This document shows positions 27,146 through 37,143 of a DNA stretch of 64,000 nt, piece by piece. Position 1 is the stretch's first letter. Each line of letters begins with the position of its first letter. The notes under the pieces were generated by a model. The model was not told the DNA's origin, ran no database searches, and was given only the letters and a program-made list of their open reading frames with translations. This DNA is from Hyphomicrobiales bacterium (GTDB lineage Bacteria; Pseudomonadota; Alphaproteobacteria; Rhizobiales; Beijerinckiaceae): contig JANPDL010000008.1 in assembly GCA_031431475.1 (NCBI GenBank), forward strand, positions 17,037 through 81,036, written 5' to 3'. The position numbers were made by a program, and so were the translations under genes.

Positions 27146-28065
27146 CCGATGTCGCACAAAAAATAGCGTTGCCGCCGACTGTGGTGATACGCGAGGAAAC
27201 ACCCTTCCGCCGCTTCGTTTCGCAATTTCTTGAAGACAAGGTCGCGGTCTTCGGACTCGTGCTCCTTGCCACTGTCGTCTTGCTGGCACTGCTGGCACCC
27301 TGGATTTCGCCGCAGAATCCCTATGATCTCGGCAAGGTCGATCTGATGGATTCGAAGCAGCCGCCGGGCGAGATGGCAGGTGACGGTTTCCGCATGTGGC
27401 TGGGATCGGATGGCGTGGGGCGCGATCTCCTCTCCGGCATTCTCTACGGCCTGCGCATCTCACTGATGGTCGGTGTCATCTCCGGTGTCATCGCGGCAAG
27501 TGTCGGCATGTCGGTGGGTCTTGTCGCGGCCTATGCGGGTGGGCGGGTCGAGAGCATCATCATGCGCATTGTCGATCTGCAGCTGTCGCTGCCCACGGTG
27601 CTCGTGGCACTCATCCTGGTCGCCATGCTGGGCAAGGGCGTCGACAAGATCATCTTTGCCCTCGTCATCGTGCAATGGGCTTATTACGCCCGCACCGTGC
27701 GTGGCTCGGCGCTGGTGGAGCGGAGAAAGGAATATGTCGAGGCGGCACAGTCACTTGGGCTTTCCAACGCGCGTATCATCTTCCGGCATATCCTGCCCAA
27801 CGTCACTGCGCCCGTGATCGTCATCGCCACGGTGCAGACCGCGCATGCCATAGCGCTGGAAGCCACGCTGTCGTTTCTGGGCGTCGGCTTGCCGCAGACA
27901 GAGCCATCGCTGGGCGTTCTGATCGCCAACGGATTCCAGTATCTGCTGTCGGGCAAATACTGGATATCGACCTTCCCCGGCATCGCGCTGCTGGTGACGA
28001 TCGTGGCGATCAATCTGGTGGGTGATCGCTTGCGGGATGTGTTGAACCCCCGTCTGGAGAAGTGA
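27142..28065 (+). CDS. ABC transporter permease (DppC/OppC type)
   Basis: 307 aa. ATGA overlap with the preceding permease. The EAA-like loop is YVEAAQSLGLSNARIIFRHILPN. Confidence 0.9.
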   Translation: MTDVAQKIALPPTVVIREETPFRRFVSQFLEDKVAVFGLVLLATVVLLALLAPWISPQNPYDLGKVDLMDSKQPPGEMAGDGFRMWLGSDGVGRDLLSGILYGLRISLMVGVISGVIAASVGMSVGLVAAYAGGRVESIIMRIVDLQLSLPTVLVALILVAMLGKGVDKIIFALVIVQWAYYARTVRGSALVERRKEYVEAAQSLGLSNARIIFRHILPNVTAPVIVIATVQTAHAIALEATLSFLGVGLPQTEPSLGVLIANGFQYLLSGKYWISTFPGIALLVTIVAINLVGDRLRDVLNPRLEK

Positions 28066-29045
28066 TGCTCCCCGTTCTCTCCGTCTCCAACCTGAAGACC
28101 CATTTCTTCACCCGCGCGGGTGTGGTGAAATCCGTCGATGGCATCTCTTTTGATGTCAACCGTGGCGAGGTCATGGGCCTCGTTGGAGAATCCGGCTCGG
28201 GCAAGACTGTTACCGGGTTCTCGATCATGGGCCTTGTCGATGCGCCGGGCCGCATCGTCGAAGGCTCGATCAAGCTCAATGGCCGCGAACTTGTCGGTCT
28301 GCCCGAGAACGAGATGCGGGGTTTCCGGGGCCGGGAGGTTGCCATGATCTTCCAGGACCCGATGATGACTCTGAACCCGGTGTTGCGCATCGATACGCAG
28401 ATGATGGAAGCGGTGCTCGCCCACGAGTCTGTGTCGAAGCAGGAAGCCCGCACCCGCGCCCGCGATGCGCTGGGCAAGGTCGGCATTCCCTCGCCAGAGG
28501 AACGCCTGTCGGCCTATCCGCACCAGTTTTCAGGTGGCATGCGCCAGCGCGTCGCCATCGCCATCGCGCTGCTCAACAAGCCGTCGCTGATCGTCTGCGA
28601 CGAGCCGACGACGGCGCTTGATGTGACGATCCAAAGCCAGATTCTGGCCGAGATGCAGAAACTGTGCGCTGAAACGGGCACGGCGCTGATCTGGGTGACC
28701 CATGATCTCACGGTGGTGGCCGGTCTCGCGGACCGTCTCGCCGTGATGTATGCCGGTCGGATCGTCGAGAGCGGCGGCATCGATGATGTGCTGGATCATC
28801 CGATCCATCCCTACACGTTCGGCCTTCTCGGTTCCGTGCCATCGCGTGGCAAGCGTGGCGAACCGTTGCGACAGATTCCCGGTTCTGCACCGTCGTTGGC
28901 AAGATTACCCGAGGGCTGTGCTTTTCGCCCGCGCTGCACCTTCCAGACCGATGCCTGCTGTGAGGCGCCCGCCGCGAAGGATTATCCCGGCGGACGCATG
29001 GCCCGCTGCTGCCATCCGCTGAATGCAACGGAGAAGGCTGCGTGA
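28062..29045 (+). CDS. ABC transporter ATP-binding protein (DppD/OppD type)
   Basis: Walker A GESGSGKT, signature FSGGMRQR, Walker B LIVCDEPTTALD, and the C-terminal oligopeptide-ATPase extension. Confidence 0.9.
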   Translation: MMLPVLSVSNLKTHFFTRAGVVKSVDGISFDVNRGEVMGLVGESGSGKTVTGFSIMGLVDAPGRIVEGSIKLNGRELVGLPENEMRGFRGREVAMIFQDPMMTLNPVLRIDTQMMEAVLAHESVSKQEARTRARDALGKVGIPSPEERLSAYPHQFSGGMRQRVAIAIALLNKPSLIVCDEPTTALDVTIQSQILAEMQKLCAETGTALIWVTHDLTVVAGLADRLAVMYAGRIVESGGIDDVLDHPIHPYTFGLLGSVPSRGKRGEPLRQIPGSAPSLARLPEGCAFRPRCTFQTDACCEAPAAKDYPGGRMARCCHPLNATEKAA

Positions 29046-30034
29046 GTACCCCTATCCTCTCCCTAACCAACATCTCGAAACGCTTCACCAAGCCGCTCGA
29101 TGCCGCTGCCAAACTCGCCAACCTGGTCGGCGCGACCAACCGCGAAATCACGGTGCATGCGGTGGATGGCGTTGATCTCGCCATCGCACGCGGCGAGGTG
29201 GTAGGCCTTGTGGGTGAATCCGGTTGCGGCAAGTCCACTTTGGGCCGCGTTGTTGCTGGCATTCATGCGCCTTCCAACGGCGCGATGCGCTGGAAGGACA
29301 AGGACGTCGCCACGCTCACCACTACCGAGAGGAAGGCGCAGACGCTGGCAATCCAGATGATCTTTCAGGACCCGATGTCATCGCTCAACCCGCGCTTGCG
29401 CGTGGCCGATATCGTGGGTGAGGCGCCGGTTGTGCATGGCCTGACGACGAAGGCGGAGAAGGAAGACTACGTTGATCAGATGCTGACTCAGGTCGGCCTC
29501 GATCCGACGTACAAGCGGCGCTATGCACACCAGTTCTCGGGCGGTCAGCGCGCCCGCATCGGCATCGCACGGGCTTTGGCAGTGAAGCCGGAATTTCTGG
29601 TTTGCGATGAAAGCGTGGCGGCGCTTGATGTCTCGATCCAGGCGCAGGTTCTGAACCTGTTCATGGAGCTGCGTGAGCGGCTGAACCTCACATATCTGTT
29701 TATCAGCCATGACCTCGGGGTGGTGCAGCATATCTCTGATCGCGTCGTGATCATGTATCTGGGCCGCGTGGTTGAGACGGCAAAAACAGAAGAGCTTTTT
29801 GCGCGACCGAACCACCCTTACACGCAGGCGCTGCTCGCCAATGTGCCGACACTCGAGTCGCGCAAGAAGACCTTCGCGCTCATCAAGGGCGAAATACCGT
29901 CGCCCATTAATCCGCCAACGGGCTGCCATTTTCATCCGCGCTGTCCGAGCGCCACGGCGCGCTGCAAGGCGGAGCGGCCTGCGCTGAAGGAGATGGCACC
30001 GGGGCATCTGTCGGCGTGCCATCTCAACGGGTGA
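29042..30034 (+). CDS. ABC transporter ATP-binding protein (DppF/OppF type)
   Basis: Walker A GESGCGKST, signature FSGGQRAR, Walker B FLVCDESVAALD. Confidence 0.9.
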   Translation: MSTPILSLTNISKRFTKPLDAAAKLANLVGATNREITVHAVDGVDLAIARGEVVGLVGESGCGKSTLGRVVAGIHAPSNGAMRWKDKDVATLTTTERKAQTLAIQMIFQDPMSSLNPRLRVADIVGEAPVVHGLTTKAEKEDYVDQMLTQVGLDPTYKRRYAHQFSGGQRARIGIARALAVKPEFLVCDESVAALDVSIQAQVLNLFMELRERLNLTYLFISHDLGVVQHISDRVVIMYLGRVVETAKTEELFARPNHPYTQALLANVPTLESRKKTFALIKGEIPSPINPPTGCHFHPRCPSATARCKAERPALKEMAPGHLSACHLNG

Positions 30035-30102
30035 GGTTACGGCTTGCAGCATGAGGCGGGCTGGGCCAGTCTGTCGGCTCCCCTCACGATAAGATTGAAC
30101 CC

Positions 30103-31491
30103 ATGTCCGCACAGCTCCCCGCAGTTCTCGCTCAGGTCGACAAGCAGCTCGATGCCAGCCTCGCCCGTCTGTTCGAGTTCCTGAAAATCCCGTCGATTTC
30201 GACAGATTCGAAGTGGAAAGCCGATTGCGCCAAAGCGGCGGATTGGCTGAAAAAAGACCTTACCTCGCTGGGCTTTGATACCTCTGTTCGCCCGACACCG
30301 GGCCATCCCGTGGTTGTTGGCCATGCGAAGGGCGCAAAGGGGAAGCGGCATGTGCTGTTCTACGGGCATTACGATGTGCAGCCTGTCGATCCGCTGGACC
30401 TTTGGGAAACGCCACCTTTCGAGCCGCGCCTTGTCGAGATCAGCAAGGGCCGCAAGGTGATCATGGCGCGCGGTGCCTGCGACGACAAGGGACAGGTCAT
30501 GACCTTCCTTGAGGCTTGCCGCGCCTGGAAGGCCGTAACCGGATCATTGCCCGTCGGCATCACTGCCATGATCGAGGGCGAGGAGGAAAATGGTTCCGTC
30601 AATCTACCCGCTTTCGTCAAGGCGAATGCCAAAGAGCTTAAGGCCGATCTGGCGCTGGTCTGCGACACCGGCATGTGGGACCGCAGGACGCCGGCGATCA
30701 CAACGTCGTTGCGCGGTTTGCTCTATGAGGAAATCATCATCCGCTGCGCCGATCGCGATCTGCATTCCGGCCTGTTCGGCGGTACTGCGGCGAACCCGAT
30801 CCACGTGCTGTCGCGCATCATTGCGTCACTGCACAAGCCCAACGGAAAGATCGCCATTCCCAGCTTCTATGATGGCGTCAAGAATCTACCACCGAAGGTG
30901 AAGGCCACTCTCGCTGGACTTGGCCTGACCGAGAAGAATTTTCTGGGCACGGTCGGCCTCAAGCATTCGGTTGGCGAGAAAGGCCGCATGATCATCGAAC
31001 AGACCTCGACCCGCCCGACCTGCGACGTCAACGGCATCTGGAGTGGCTATACCGGCGAAGGCACCAAGACCGTGATCGCAGGCGAAGCGCGCTGCAAGGT
31101 CTCGTTCCGTCTGGTGGGCGAGCAGGACCCTGTGGCGATCCAGAAGGCCTTTCGCGCCTACGTGAAGGCGCAGCTGCCGAAGGATTGCTCGGTGGATTTC
31201 ATCGGCTACAAGGGCAGCCGCGCCATCCAGCTGCCGTGGGATAGTCCCGCTCTGAAAGCTGCCGAAGCCGCGCTGAAGCAGGAATGGGGCAAATCACCCG
31301 CCATGATCGGCTCCGGTGGTTCCATCCCCATCGTGGGTGATTTCAAGCGGACTCTGGGGATGGATTCGCTGCTCGTCGGCTTTGGGCTGGATGACGACCG
31401 TGTGCATTCGCCCAATGAGAAGTACGATCTGTCCTCGTTCCACAAGGGGACAAGGAGCTGGGCGCGGATTTTGGCGGCGCTGGCGGAGTAA
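30103..31491 (+). CDS. M20A dipeptidase (CNDP/Dug1-like metallo-dipeptidase family)
   Basis: LFEFLKIPSIS, YGHYDVQPVDPLDLWETPPF, ARGACDDKGQ, MIEGEEENGS. 462 aa. Last gene of the ABC importer operon. Confidence 0.8.
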   Translation: MSAQLPAVLAQVDKQLDASLARLFEFLKIPSISTDSKWKADCAKAADWLKKDLTSLGFDTSVRPTPGHPVVVGHAKGAKGKRHVLFYGHYDVQPVDPLDLWETPPFEPRLVEISKGRKVIMARGACDDKGQVMTFLEACRAWKAVTGSLPVGITAMIEGEEENGSVNLPAFVKANAKELKADLALVCDTGMWDRRTPAITTSLRGLLYEEIIIRCADRDLHSGLFGGTAANPIHVLSRIIASLHKPNGKIAIPSFYDGVKNLPPKVKATLAGLGLTEKNFLGTVGLKHSVGEKGRMIIEQTSTRPTCDVNGIWSGYTGEGTKTVIAGEARCKVSFRLVGEQDPVAIQKAFRAYVKAQLPKDCSVDFIGYKGSRAIQLPWDSPALKAAEAALKQEWGKSPAMIGSGGSIPIVGDFKRTLGMDSLLVGFGLDDDRVHSPNEKYDLSSFHKGTRSWARILAALAE

Positions 31492-31500
31492 CCTGAGTGT

Positions 31501-32154
31501 TCACCCTATCTCCGCCAGACTCTTCACATCCTGATCCGGCTGCGCATCGAAATACTCGTCCGGCATCCCGGTGCGATTAACCCATATTGTCCGCAGCCCA
31601 AACGCCGCTCCGCCCGCAATGTCCCAGCGGTTGGACGAGACGAGGCAGATGTCTTTTGGTTTCATGTCCAGCCGCTCGCACAGATTTTGATAGACCGCAG
31701 GCGTGGTCTTGAACTGCTTCACCCGCTCGACCGAAACAACCATGTCGACAAAGGGCAGGACAGCGGACGCACTGGCGGCAGCCTCTGCCATTTCCTGCGT
31801 GCCATTGGTGAAAATGGCGATCTGGTGGCCCATGCGCCGCAGTTTTGTCAGTGCGGGCAGCACATCGGGATAGGCATCGAGACGCCAGTAGGCATCGAGC
31901 AGCTTTGGCCGGACCGACTTGTCGACAGCCGGAAAGCGGGCGAGTGCAAAATCCAGCGCGTCCTGCGTGAGTTGCCAGAAATCCAGATATCGTCCCATCA
32001 GCGTGCGGGTCCAGGAGTATTCAAGCTGCTTGGCTCGCCACAGCGCGGACAACGCATCCGCATCATCGCCGATGGCGGCGCGATGCCTGCCGATGGCGGC
32101 ATGAACATCGAAGAGTGTTCCATAGGCGTCGAAAGCATAGGCGCGGATCGGCAT
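31501..32154 (-). CDS. haloacid dehalogenase, type II (HAD superfamily)
   Basis: Nucleophile motif AYAFDAYGTLFDV. Start placed at MPIRAY (ATG 32154) because it has an aaggaa SD. Confidence 0.8.
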   Translation of the reverse strand: MPIRAYAFDAYGTLFDVHAAIGRHRAAIGDDADALSALWRAKQLEYSWTRTLMGRYLDFWQLTQDALDFALARFPAVDKSVRPKLLDAYWRLDAYPDVLPALTKLRRMGHQIAIFTNGTQEMAEAAASASAVLPFVDMVVSVERVKQFKTTPAVYQNLCERLDMKPKDICLVSSNRWDIAGGAAFGLRTIWVNRTGMPDEYFDAQPDQDVKSLAEIG

Positions 32155-32316
32155 CGGTGGATTCCTTGTGGCGTGCACGCTGCCTCAAGCCGGAAGAATG
32201 GTCCATCCATCAATCGGCAAAAGTGATGGACCGGATGAGAAAGCATCATCGTCAGCGGTGTTGACCTTTTTCGTCACTGGCCTTCGTATGGTCCGTGAGA
32301 AACCGGGAGCAGGAAA

Positions 32317-33186
32317 ATGGCCAAGTGGTCTGAGACATGGACCTTTTTCGAGGGCCAGTGGCGCGAAGGCAATGCGCCCATCATGGGTGCGCGCTCGCAT
32401 GGCGCATGGCTTGCGTCGACGGTGTTCGACGGTGCGCGCATCTTTGAGGGTACGGCACCTGATCTCGCTCTTCATTGCGCTCGGGTCAACCGGTCGGCCT
32501 CGACCATCGGGCTGAACCCGACCATGACGCTGGATGGCATTATCGATCTGGTGAAGCAGGGCCAGAAGAAATTCGGGTCGGACAAGGCGCTCTACGTCAA
32601 GCCAATGTACTGGGGCGAGGGGGAGGGTGGTTCTACCATTATTCCGGATCCTGATGACATTGGCTTTGCACTGTGCCTGTTCGAGGCACCCATGCCTGTG
32701 CCGGGAGGCGGATCCGTGACCTCTACAAAGTTCCGCCGACCGACGCTGGAATCGATGCCGACCGACGCGAAGGCTGGTGCCCTCTATCCCAACAATGCCC
32801 GCGTGCTGCGAGAAGCTCGTGCGCGTGGTTTCGACAATGCGCTGGTTTGTGATGCGCTCGGCAATGTAGCTGAGACTGCAACGGCCAATATCTTCATGGC
32901 GAAGGACGGCGTAGTGAAGACACCTTTCCCCAATGGCACGTTCCTCAACGGCATCACGCGTCAGCGCGTCATCAAGCTGCTGCGCGACGACGGGGTGGAG
33001 GTGCATGAGGCAACGCTGAGCTATGCCGATTTCGAGCAGGCCGACGAGATTTTCACCTCGGGCAATTACTCCAAGGTCATGCCGGTGCTGAAGATCGATG
33101 ACCGCGTGCTGCAGCCCGGACCGATGGCTGCAAAGGCGCGCACGCTCTATTGGGCCTTCGCGCATGAAACCGGGCGCGTCAGCTGA
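32317..33186 (+). CDS. class IV aminotransferase (branched-chain/D-amino-acid aminotransferase family)
   Basis: 289 aa. WFEGQW-type N-terminus, ETATANIFMAKDGVVKTP, and LNGITRQRVIKLL. Confidence 0.8.
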   Translation: MAKWSETWTFFEGQWREGNAPIMGARSHGAWLASTVFDGARIFEGTAPDLALHCARVNRSASTIGLNPTMTLDGIIDLVKQGQKKFGSDKALYVKPMYWGEGEGGSTIIPDPDDIGFALCLFEAPMPVPGGGSVTSTKFRRPTLESMPTDAKAGALYPNNARVLREARARGFDNALVCDALGNVAETATANIFMAKDGVVKTPFPNGTFLNGITRQRVIKLLRDDGVEVHEATLSYADFEQADEIFTSGNYSKVMPVLKIDDRVLQPGPMAAKARTLYWAFAHETGRVS

Positions 33187-33842
33187 TGTATGCGCGCACC
33201 GAGGCGAAAGAAGGCCGCATCGACATCCTGCACAAGGCGATGCGCGATATCCGGCTTGGCACCTTCATTGTGGCCGATAATACGGGCGCACCGCAGGCTG
33301 CGCATATCCCCTTCGTGCTGAAGACCGGTGATGAAACCGTGCTCGAATGTCATGTCGCCCGCGCCAACCCGATCTGGAAGCTGATGGCTCAACCGCGACA
33401 GGTACTGGTGGTCTTTCAGGGACCGCAGGCCTATGTGCGGCCTGGCTGGTATCCTGCCAAGAAGGAGCATGGCAAGGTTGTGCCGACCTGGAGCTATGTC
33501 TCGATCCATGCGCGGGGCCTGGCCGCGCAGATGGATATGCCGACCTTGCTGGCCCATGTGCGCGAGCTTTCGGACGAGCAGGAGCATGGCCAGCCCATGC
33601 CGTGGTCCGTGGATGATGCGCCGGAAGGCTTCATCGCGGCTCTGGCGCGCGGCATTGTCGGCCTGCGCATTCCTGTCACATCGCTGGACGGGGTGTGGAA
33701 ACTGAACCAGCACCGCAGCGAAGCGGACAGGTTGGGCATGATCGACGGGCTGGATGAGCAGGCTGTGGATGATGCGCGTGACCTGGCCGCGATCATGCGT
33801 CAGATCGAGATGGCGAAGGCAGCATCGCAGGAGGCTGGCTGA
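33186..33842 (+). CDS. PaiB-family FMN-binding putative transcriptional regulator
   Basis: 218 aa. LGTFIVADNTGAPQAAHIPFVL...VFQGPQAYVRPGWY...VPTWSYVSIHARG is the typical PaiB pattern. TGATG overlap with the aminotransferase. Confidence 0.75.
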   Translation: MYARTEAKEGRIDILHKAMRDIRLGTFIVADNTGAPQAAHIPFVLKTGDETVLECHVARANPIWKLMAQPRQVLVVFQGPQAYVRPGWYPAKKEHGKVVPTWSYVSIHARGLAAQMDMPTLLAHVRELSDEQEHGQPMPWSVDDAPEGFIAALARGIVGLRIPVTSLDGVWKLNQHRSEADRLGMIDGLDEQAVDDARDLAAIMRQIEMAKAASQEAG

Positions 33843-34616
33843 TCAGCCCAGCGTCTTCATCCAGCCCAATCCATCCTCGGTCTTGCCGCGCGGTTTATAT
33901 TCGCAGCCCACATAGCCTTTGTATCCCAGCCGCTGCAGCGTGGCGAAGATGTGGGTGTAACTGACTTCGCCTTCGTCCGGCTCGTTGCGCGATGGTACGG
34001 CGGCGATCTGGACATGGCCGATGACGTCGAAATGCTGTTCAAGCCGCTTCGTCACGTCACCTTCCATGATCTGCACGTGGTAGACATCGAACATCAGCTT
34101 GAGGTTGGGATGGCCGATCTCGCGGATCATGCTGACGACATCATCCGTGCGGCTGATGAAATAGCCCGGCTTGTCCCGCGTGTTCAGCGGCTCGCTGACG
34201 ATGGTTTTGCCAGCCGCAGCAGCTTGTTCACCCGCCCAGGCCATGTTCGCCATATAGGCCCGCCGCGCCTTCTTGCGGTCTGCATCCGCGACCATGCCCG
34301 CCATCACATGGATCGTGGGGATATCGAGTGCTTTGGCATAGCGCAGCGCCTGCTTAACGCCAGTGCGAAAGGCTGTGCGCTTTTTGGGATCACAGGCCAG
34401 CCCCCAGTCGCCTGCCGTCAGATCACCCGGGGCAGTGTTAATGCCGGTTAGGCGGATGCCCGCCTTTTTCAACGCGCTTCGAATCGCCGGAATGGGATGA
34501 TCATAGGGGAAGTGGCATTCTACAGCAGGAAAACCCGCTTTTGCCGCAGCGCCGATACGCTCCAGGAACGGGCGCTCCATGAACATGAAAGATATATTAG
34601 CCGACAAAATAAGCAT
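33843..34616 (-). CDS. hydroxypyruvate isomerase / 2-oxo-tetronate isomerase (Hyi/OtnI) family TIM-barrel protein
   Basis: MLILSANISFMFMERPFLERIGAAAKAGFPAVE...LNTRDKPGYFISRTDD...GHVQIA...EPDEGEV...GYKGYVGCEYKP. 257 aa. Confidence 0.8.
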   Translation of the reverse strand: MLILSANISFMFMERPFLERIGAAAKAGFPAVECHFPYDHPIPAIRSALKKAGIRLTGINTAPGDLTAGDWGLACDPKKRTAFRTGVKQALRYAKALDIPTIHVMAGMVADADRKKARRAYMANMAWAGEQAAAAGKTIVSEPLNTRDKPGYFISRTDDVVSMIREIGHPNLKLMFDVYHVQIMEGDVTKRLEQHFDVIGHVQIAAVPSRNEPDEGEVSYTHIFATLQRLGYKGYVGCEYKPRGKTEDGLGWMKTLG

Positions 34617-34628
34617 GGTCTTATCCTC

Positions 34629-35738
34629 TCAGAGTGACAACGCAACGGCTTTGCCGGTCCGGACGGATTGCTCCGCCGCCAACCCGATCTTGACCGATTT
34701 CAGGCCATCCTCCAGCGTGACCTCGACAGGAGTGCCTTTGAGCACCGCTCGATTGAAGCCGAGGTGCTGATAATAGGTCGAACCGTGGTGATCTCCAGCC
34801 CGAAGTATCTTTTCATCCACCGGGATCGCGCGTCGCTTCGGTCCTTTGGGCTTGCGTGGGCTAATTTCGATCTCGGAATGGCGTTCTTCACCGCCCGGCC
34901 AAAATCGCGCCGGGCCGGGAATGAAGATTTCCGCCCGTCCTGCGCTACCCGTGGCGCTGATCGTCTCCTGCCAGTAGGACCCCTCTGCGAACATGCACAG
35001 ATCAAGCGAAGCGCGCTTGCCGGATTTGAAGTCCACAATCACATAGGCATTGTCCAGAATATCGGGCTTCTGTCCCTCGTAGCGTTCATCCTGATGGTTC
35101 ACATCCATCCCGCCCGAGGCGAAGACGCGAATGGGCTCATCCTGCATGATCAGGCGCATCAGATCGAAGAAATGGCAGCACTTTTCTACCAGCGTGCCGC
35201 CAGTCCGGTTGGAAAAGCGGTTCCAGTCACCCACCTTGGGCAGGAACGGAAAGCGATGCTCGCGAATCGCCAGCATCTGCAAGGCACCGACCTTGCCTTT
35301 GCGGATCGCGCCGAGCAATTCTTGCACAGGTGGCATGTAGCGATACTCCATCGCCACCCATATCGGAGCCTTGTGTGCCGCCCCGGCCTTGCCAAGCCAC
35401 GCACAATCTTTAGCCGACGTACAAATTGGCTTCTCAACCAGTACAGCCAATGCATTCCTGGCTGCAAAAATGTCCTTCAGAACCTCTTTGTGCGTGTCAT
35501 TTGGGCTGGCGATGACCAGTGCATCGATCTCGCCCTTGTCCAGCAAGTCACGGTGGTTCTTGAAGATAGCCGGTGGTTTTCCCATCACGCTTTGAATTGC
35601 TTTGGCACTCTCGTTGCGTGAGCCAACATCAGGATCGGAAATCGCGGTGACGACCGCGCCCTTCACCAGCGCCAGATTGCGCACGTGCTCGCGGCCCATC
35701 ATTCCGGCCCCTATCAGGCCATAGCGCAGCTTTGTCAT
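34629..35738 (-). CDS. Gfo/Idh/MocA family NAD(P)-dependent oxidoreductase
   Basis: Start placed at [18 protein letters not shown] (ATG 35738, SD aaagaggat). Rossmann N-domain plus a C-terminal alpha/beta domain. Confidence 0.85.
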   Translation of the reverse strand: MTKLRYGLIGAGMMGREHVRNLALVKGAVVTAISDPDVGSRNESAKAIQSVMGKPPAIFKNHRDLLDKGEIDALVIASPNDTHKEVLKDIFAARNALAVLVEKPICTSAKDCAWLGKAGAAHKAPIWVAMEYRYMPPVQELLGAIRKGKVGALQMLAIREHRFPFLPKVGDWNRFSNRTGGTLVEKCCHFFDLMRLIMQDEPIRVFASGGMDVNHQDERYEGQKPDILDNAYVIVDFKSGKRASLDLCMFAEGSYWQETISATGSAGRAEIFIPGPARFWPGGEERHSEIEISPRKPKGPKRRAIPVDEKILRAGDHHGSTYYQHLGFNRAVLKGTPVEVTLEDGLKSVKIGLAAEQSVRTGKAVALSL

Positions 35739-35748
35739 CGTATCCTCT

Positions 35749-37143
35749 TTAACCCAATATTCGGACGGGCAAGCCAAGTTCCTTGCCCAGCGCAACCATT
35801 TCACCGGTGTGATCGCCGTAGACGATAGCGACATGGTGTTCGTAAGCGCCGCCAATCAGGCCGTTCATGGCCTCACTCGCTTCGGCATCCAGTCTCACGA
35901 CCCCGCTTGTACCAGTGAAGCTGATGTCCCTACGGATCACCTCTCCGCCCGCAACCATCAGATGCGGATCATTGTTGGCCTGGCTCAGGCGAGCGATGGT
36001 GATGCGTCCCGGTTTCATGGGAAACTGATACAGCAGCGGCATTTTCCGGTTGGAATGGATTTGTGCTTCGGCTTCATAGGCCGGATCACGCATGGAGAGC
36101 GGTGCGGAACCGCAATGCCAGAACACCGATGTGTTGTCCTTCGCATCCATATCCACGATATCGACGAGCCATGATGGCTCGCCTGCAACTTCCTGCATCA
36201 TCAGAGCGGTCACCGCACCATAGACGTCCGCCTCGCAAGCCGCGGGAACACCAGCGCCGTTCATCATTCCCATGGGACCGCAGATGGCGCAGCCGTACTC
36301 CGTGAACATCTCGGGCCAGCAGCGAACAGCGAAGGCCGAGAGTCCTTTTTCCGTCTTGAGAGATGCGAGGCCTTCAAACAACATGAGCGACTTTGAGAGC
36401 TGTGTCTGATCAACCGCATCGATGCCCCTGAGGTCTTCCACATCCTCGCGACGCGCCACCGTGGCATCGACCGAAGTGGCCGCCGCCCGCGCAAACAGAT
36501 CGCCAAGGGCGATGCGGTCAATGCTGATGCCTGTGAGCGTACCGAGATCGCTGTCATCAAAGCGGCATGTGTCGAATCCAGCCGGATGCTCGCCGATCAG
36601 GCCTATCCTGCGGCCTTTGAGATCCGCAATGACCCGCTTGGCGTTCGCGGTGTCAATCTCCGAAGACTCAATAATTTTGCCGTCTATGGACTTCAGCTTC
36701 TTTGCCCAGTCCTTCAACAATACAGAAGGTAGTTTCTTGTCAGGCGACTGATAGAGATAGGCATAATCCAGTCCGGCGCGCCCAAGTGCATGGCCCGCGA
36801 GATTGAGTCCGCAGAACGAATTCAACCGTAGCCGCCCGCCGCTGCGAGGCTCGGGGAAAGCCCAGATCGCGAGGGGAACGGGAATGGAGCGTGCCAGTTC
36901 CAGCGTCATCGATGCATCAGTGAATGTCACCTGCAGCAGCAGCAAACCGTCGAGCTTTTCACCCCGCAACGCCGAGGCGGCTTGCCGCGCCGCATCGGCA
37001 TCGAACAGAAGCGTACGAGGGCCGACGGTGGTGACGCCACTCTCGTCCAGACGCGCGAAAGCCTTCGCGGCCATTTCCTCGGCATAGGGCACATCGAAGG
37101 TGGGACGTGCCAGCGCCAGAACACCCAACCTCACGCCAGTCAT
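35749..37143 (-). CDS. L-fucose/L-arabinose isomerase-like protein (uncharacterised branch)
   Basis: 464 aa. The N-terminal pattern [20 protein letters not shown]...[16 protein letters not shown]...[15 protein letters not shown] resembles the FucI/AraA N and central domains. Start overlaps the aldolase stop (ATGA). Confidence 0.6.
   Translation of the reverse strand: MTGVRLGVLALARPTFDVPYAEEMAAKAFARLDESGVTTVGPRTLLFDADAARQAASALRGEKLDGLLLLQVTFTDASMTLELARSIPVPLAIWAFPEPRSGGRLRLNSFCGLNLAGHALGRAGLDYAYLYQSPDKKLPSVLLKDWAKKLKSIDGKIIESSEIDTANAKRVIADLKGRRIGLIGEHPAGFDTCRFDDSDLGTLTGISIDRIALGDLFARAAATSVDATVARREDVEDLRGIDAVDQTQLSKSLMLFEGLASLKTEKGLSAFAVRCWPEMFTEYGCAICGPMGMMNGAGVPAACEADVYGAVTALMMQEVAGEPSWLVDIVDMDAKDNTSVFWHCGSAPLSMRDPAYEAEAQIHSNRKMPLLYQFPMKPGRITIARLSQANNDPHLMVAGGEVIRRDISFTGTSGVVRLDAEASEAMNGLIGGAYEHHVAIVYGDHTGEMVALGKELGLPVRILG

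Noticed and set aside
32185-33165. 326-aa minus-strand ORF opposite the class IV aminotransferase
   Set aside because: Antisense shadow ORF with Arg/His-rich composition. The plus frame is clearly the aminotransferase.
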